Source: a virus
IMG/VR virus record: IMGVR_UViG_3300045988_166882
Length of the DNA: 64,000 nt
Reading direction: 5' to 3' (one strand)
Part shown: piece after piece, positions 61,413 to 64,000 of the stretch
How the letters are laid out: each line of letters starts with the position of its first letter
How positions within the stretch are numbered: position 1 is the first letter of the stretch
Notes under the pieces: generated by a model
Seen by the model: the letters and a program-made list of their open reading frames with translations, nothing else
The model's database searches: none
Told to the model about the DNA's origin: nothing
Translations under genes and position numbers: made by a program

Positions 61413-63488
61413 ATGAAAGAAGTTATCAACTACGGCGAAGCACGTCGCCAGCAAATTCTTAAAGGGTTCACCAACGTCGAGGAGGTCGCGGACGAGCCGA
61501 TCGAAAAAGCGCGTCACGGTGTCTACGCCGACAACGCTCAAAACCGTCGTCTGCAGCGCGTGGGACAGGAGTACGGTCAAGCCGCCAAGGAAGACCCCGA
61601 AGGTGAAGGCCAGGAGGGCGGTATGCCTGAGGGCAACGTCAGCCTCCAGAACCACGCTCGTCAGGCTTCAGAAGAGGCGCTGACGAAGGTCGCCAACGAC
61701 CCGCAGGCTGACCCCGAAATGCGCAAGGTGGCTACCGCTGAATTGGAACGCCGCGGTGTAAGCGTTCGCGCCAAGAACAAGAACGGCGACACTTCGCTGC
61801 GTAACGGGTTGGCTGACGGTGACGCCAAATCGGCTTCGACGTTCGAGGGCATGGGCTTCCGCCAGATGGACGATCAGGACCTCCAACAGTACGCCGGAGT
61901 TGAGGACGCTTCGCACGCCTTCATCAAGCAGATCGGCAGTGACGAAGACGGCTTCGACCTTGTGGTCACCAAGACCAGCGAGGGCTACCGCGTGGACAAA
62001 TACCCTTACGCCGACGTGGACAATTTCGAGTCGGTGACGGTGAAGGAGATTGGCGACGTTGAGGGAGCCGCGTCTAAGTTTGGTGATCCCGATGCCAAGG
62101 GTAAGGGCGGCAAAGCCGACGCCGCATCGCTCGTTGACAGTTTCAACGCTATGGCTGAGGGCGATGCAGACTTCGACGCCAAGTCGTTCAAATCGTTCGT
62201 GAAGGAAAAAGGCGGTAAGGCCGTGAAGGAAATCGCCGACGCCATTCGTAAGATGCCCAGCGAGGCCGGGCAAAGCGATCTGGCTGACGACGAGATCGCC
62301 GACATGATCGAGAATATGTTCGAGGAAGCCGGAACGCGCGTTCCGCGTGAGGCCAAGAAGGAACTCGACAACCTTCGCGGGTCGGGTGAAAGCGTTCTGG
62401 CCAAGTGGGACGCCTACACTTCGGAGTCGGGTGAAGACGATGACTTCAGCGCAGCGCTCGAAAGCCTCATCGACAACAAGGGCGAGGCTAAGGCCATCAA
62501 GGAACTCGCTGCCGCTATCAAAACCTCCGGTCAAGGTGAGGCCGCTCAGAGCGATATCCTCGACGACGAAATCGCTGACGAAATCGCCAATATCTTCGAA
62601 GAGGCCGGAATCGACCTGTCGAAGAAAGGTCAAGCCGCGCTCGACAAGATGCGTGCTGACTCGGACGGCGACGGTAACGTGAGCAGCGCCGAAGGTCTGG
62701 TCCAGAGTTTCGACGACATGGCCGAAAACGACACCGACTTCGACACCGCAGGCTTCAAGTCCTTCGTGAAGCAGAAGGGTGACGCCGCGGCTATCAAGGA
62801 ACTGGCCGCAGCCATGAAAGCAAACCCGGCTGATACCGGCGGTGCTCAGTCCGACGCTACGGACGACGAAATTGCCGACACCATCGCCAATATGTTTGAG
62901 ATGGCTGGTGTGAAGGTATCGAAGGACGGCCAGAAGGAACTCGACGCGCTGATCGGCGGCGAGGAGGAAAGCGCCACCAAGCAGGGCGAAAAGGCCGACG
63001 CCGCAGCCAAGGCTGAAGTGAAGAGCGCTGAAAAGGGTGCTAAAGCCAAGGCCGACAAAGCCGCGAAGTCTTCGCCTGAGAAGGACAACGCCGCCGCCGA
63101 CAAATTCATCAAGAAAAGCGAAAACGGAGCCAACCCCTCTGAGTACGCCAAGATGATCTCCAAGAACCCCGAAGGTATCGCCCGCGTGCTGAAGGAAAGG
63201 ATCGCTTCCGGCGACAAGGCCGCTAAACGCGCTGCTCTGAGTCTCACTTCGCTCATCGACCCGGAGTCCCGTGAGAAGGGTGTCGGCCAAGAACTCCTCA
63301 GCCACCCCGAACTCAAGAAGATTGCCGACGAACGTGCCGCAGCGCACAAACTGCTGACGGGCGTGTCTTACGACGATATGGACACGTACAAGAAGAAGTC
63401 AGACGAGCAAATTGAGATATTCAAACGTACCAACAAGGAGTTCGTCGACAAGTTCCTGGAGATTTACGGCGGTAACACCGAAGAGTAA
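61413..63488 (+). CDS. large acidic protein with three tandem ~85-aa repeats (scaffold or internal-protein candidate)
   Basis: 691 aa. The core QSD-x-x-DDEIAD-x-I-x-N-x-FE-x-AG occurs three times. N-terminal HGVYADNAQNRRLQRVGQEYG. Sits behind promoter P5. Confidence 0.7.
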   Translation: MKEVINYGEARRQQILKGFTNVEEVADEPIEKARHGVYADNAQNRRLQRVGQEYGQAAKEDPEGEGQEGGMPEGNVSLQNHARQASEEALTKVANDPQADPEMRKVATAELERRGVSVRAKNKNGDTSLRNGLADGDAKSASTFEGMGFRQMDDQDLQQYAGVEDASHAFIKQIGSDEDGFDLVVTKTSEGYRVDKYPYADVDNFESVTVKEIGDVEGAASKFGDPDAKGKGGKADAASLVDSFNAMAEGDADFDAKSFKSFVKEKGGKAVKEIADAIRKMPSEAGQSDLADDEIADMIENMFEEAGTRVPREAKKELDNLRGSGESVLAKWDAYTSESGEDDDFSAALESLIDNKGEAKAIKELAAAIKTSGQGEAAQSDILDDEIADEIANIFEEAGIDLSKKGQAALDKMRADSDGDGNVSSAEGLVQSFDDMAENDTDFDTAGFKSFVKQKGDAAAIKELAAAMKANPADTGGAQSDATDDEIADTIANMFEMAGVKVSKDGQKELDALIGGEEESATKQGEKADAAAKAEVKSAEKGAKAKADKAAKSSPEKDNAAADKFIKKSENGANPSEYAKMISKNPEGIARVLKERIASGDKAAKRAALSLTSLIDPESREKGVGQELLSHPELKKIADERAAAHKLLTGVSYDDMDTYKKKSDEQIEIFKRTNKEFVDKFLEIYGGNTEE
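62124..62951 (+). repeat. three in-frame tandem repeat units within the acidic protein gene
   Basis: Units span about residues 238-322, 343-413 and 427-513, each with FKSFVK.KG....IKE(L/I)A.A(I/M)K and QSD..DDEIAD.I.N.FE.AG. Confidence 0.7.
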
Positions 63489-63679
63489 TGCCCTACAACG
63501 CCAAACATACCCACTTTCTGCCGTCGCCGTTCCCCACCGTTACTCAGTACGAAGATCGGTTCATCCGGGAATGGAACGCCAATAATGCCGCAGCGTTAGG
63601 TGATGTACTGAAATACATCGCCGACGCTACGGCTACGGCGGTAAAAGAATTAAAAGAAGATGGCAAAAAGCAAGACTAA
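63488..63679 (+). CDS. hypothetical small protein
   Basis: 63 aa; the ATG overlaps the upstream stop (TAATG). Confidence 0.45.
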   Translation: MPYNAKHTHFLPSPFPTVTQYEDRFIREWNANNAAALGDVLKYIADATATAVKELKEDGKKQD

Positions 63680-63908
63680 AACATTTGTATGGTGCGTTTT
63701 CTCTGAACAGTATGCGGAGTACAAAGACGGCTTTGGCACTCACGTCAACAAGGATGTAAAGGTACGTCGTCTGTTGGAGATTTTCTCTAACGAAGATGCT
63801 GCTCATGAATACATTGCTGCTCAACCGTATCGTTTCTTTAATTATCGCCTTCCGAATCCGGAAAGCGCCATTATTGAAAAGCGCGAAGTCCTCACAAGCT
63901 ACGATTAA
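63660..63908 (+). CDS. hypothetical small protein
   Basis: 82-aa ORF. Confidence 0.45.
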   Translation: MAKSKTKTFVWCVFSEQYAEYKDGFGTHVNKDVKVRRLLEIFSNEDAAHEYIAAQPYRFFNYRLPNPESAIIEKREVLTSYD

Positions 63909-63917
63909 CAACGCGAA

Positions 63918-64000
63918 ATGGAACATTGTTTAACATCCACCGGAACCCCTACGCGGGCCGAAAAAGTGTTGGAGAATACGTTCAATGAAAGCGAGCCTAT
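63918..64000 (+). CDS. hypothetical protein, 5' fragment (runs off the window)
   Basis: ATG at 63918; the frame is open to the window end. Confidence 0.35.
   Translation, partial: MEHCLTSTGTPTRAEKVLENTFNESEP

Noticed and set aside
61668-63347. 559-aa antisense ORF opposite the acidic repeat protein, and further (-) ORFs at 62006-62404 and 62846-63349
   Set aside because: The same codon-bias artefact as above. The + frame carries the clear triple repeat and sits behind a promoter.
1-64000. CRISPR arrays, diversity-generating retroelements, integrase or attachment sites, stop-codon reassignment
   Set aside because: No spaced direct-repeat array, reverse transcriptase, TR/VR pair or tyrosine/serine recombinase motif was seen. 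TAA, TAG and TGA all terminate well-supported genes, and the only tRNA has a standard Gln anticodon, so the standard code applies.

Overview
This is a 64-kb stretch of a tailed dsDNA phage genome. Every credible gene is on the + strand, and genes are tightly packed, many with ATGA or TGATG stop/start overlaps. The host is probably a Bacteroidota bacterium: five copies of a conserved promoter cassette fit the Bacteroidota sigma-A consensus (-33 TTTG / -7 TAnnTTTG), starts have A-rich leaders with no Shine-Dalgarno sequence, and the first ORFs look BACON/Ig-like. Layout in order: (1) The end of a structural block (1-1.9 kb). (2) A long replication, recombination and nucleotide-metabolism region. 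It holds a UvsW-like helicase, DnaB-like helicase, DnaG-like primase, a ThyA-family enzyme, Pol III alpha (DnaE) split in two by a GIY-YIG homing-endonuclease cassette, an HD phosphohydrolase, a gp32-like SSB, a RecA/UvsX-like recombinase, an Mre11/Rad50-like pair, a RuvC-like resolvase, a UvrD-like helicase and two sigma-70-like factors. (3) About 14 kb of small unknown ORFs (27-42 kb) in promoter- and terminator-delimited blocks. (4) An HU-like protein. (5) A ~1-kb ORF-free, G+C-rich, helix-dense locus containing tRNA-Gln(UUG). (6) A third GIY-YIG gene and a DnaQ-like exonuclease. (7) TerL with a LAGLIDADG intein in its P-loop. (8) A dUTPase, a ferritin-like protein, a FEN-type exonuclease, a protein matching the 5-hmdU DNA kinase helical family, the portal, and further virion or lysis-like genes. 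The most notable observations are the candidate large structured RNA around the tRNA, the HEG-split DnaE with chained translational coupling, scattered candidates for a thymidine-hypermodification pathway, and three classes of recurrent regulatory motif. All functional calls rest on motif recognition by eye; no database search was possible.
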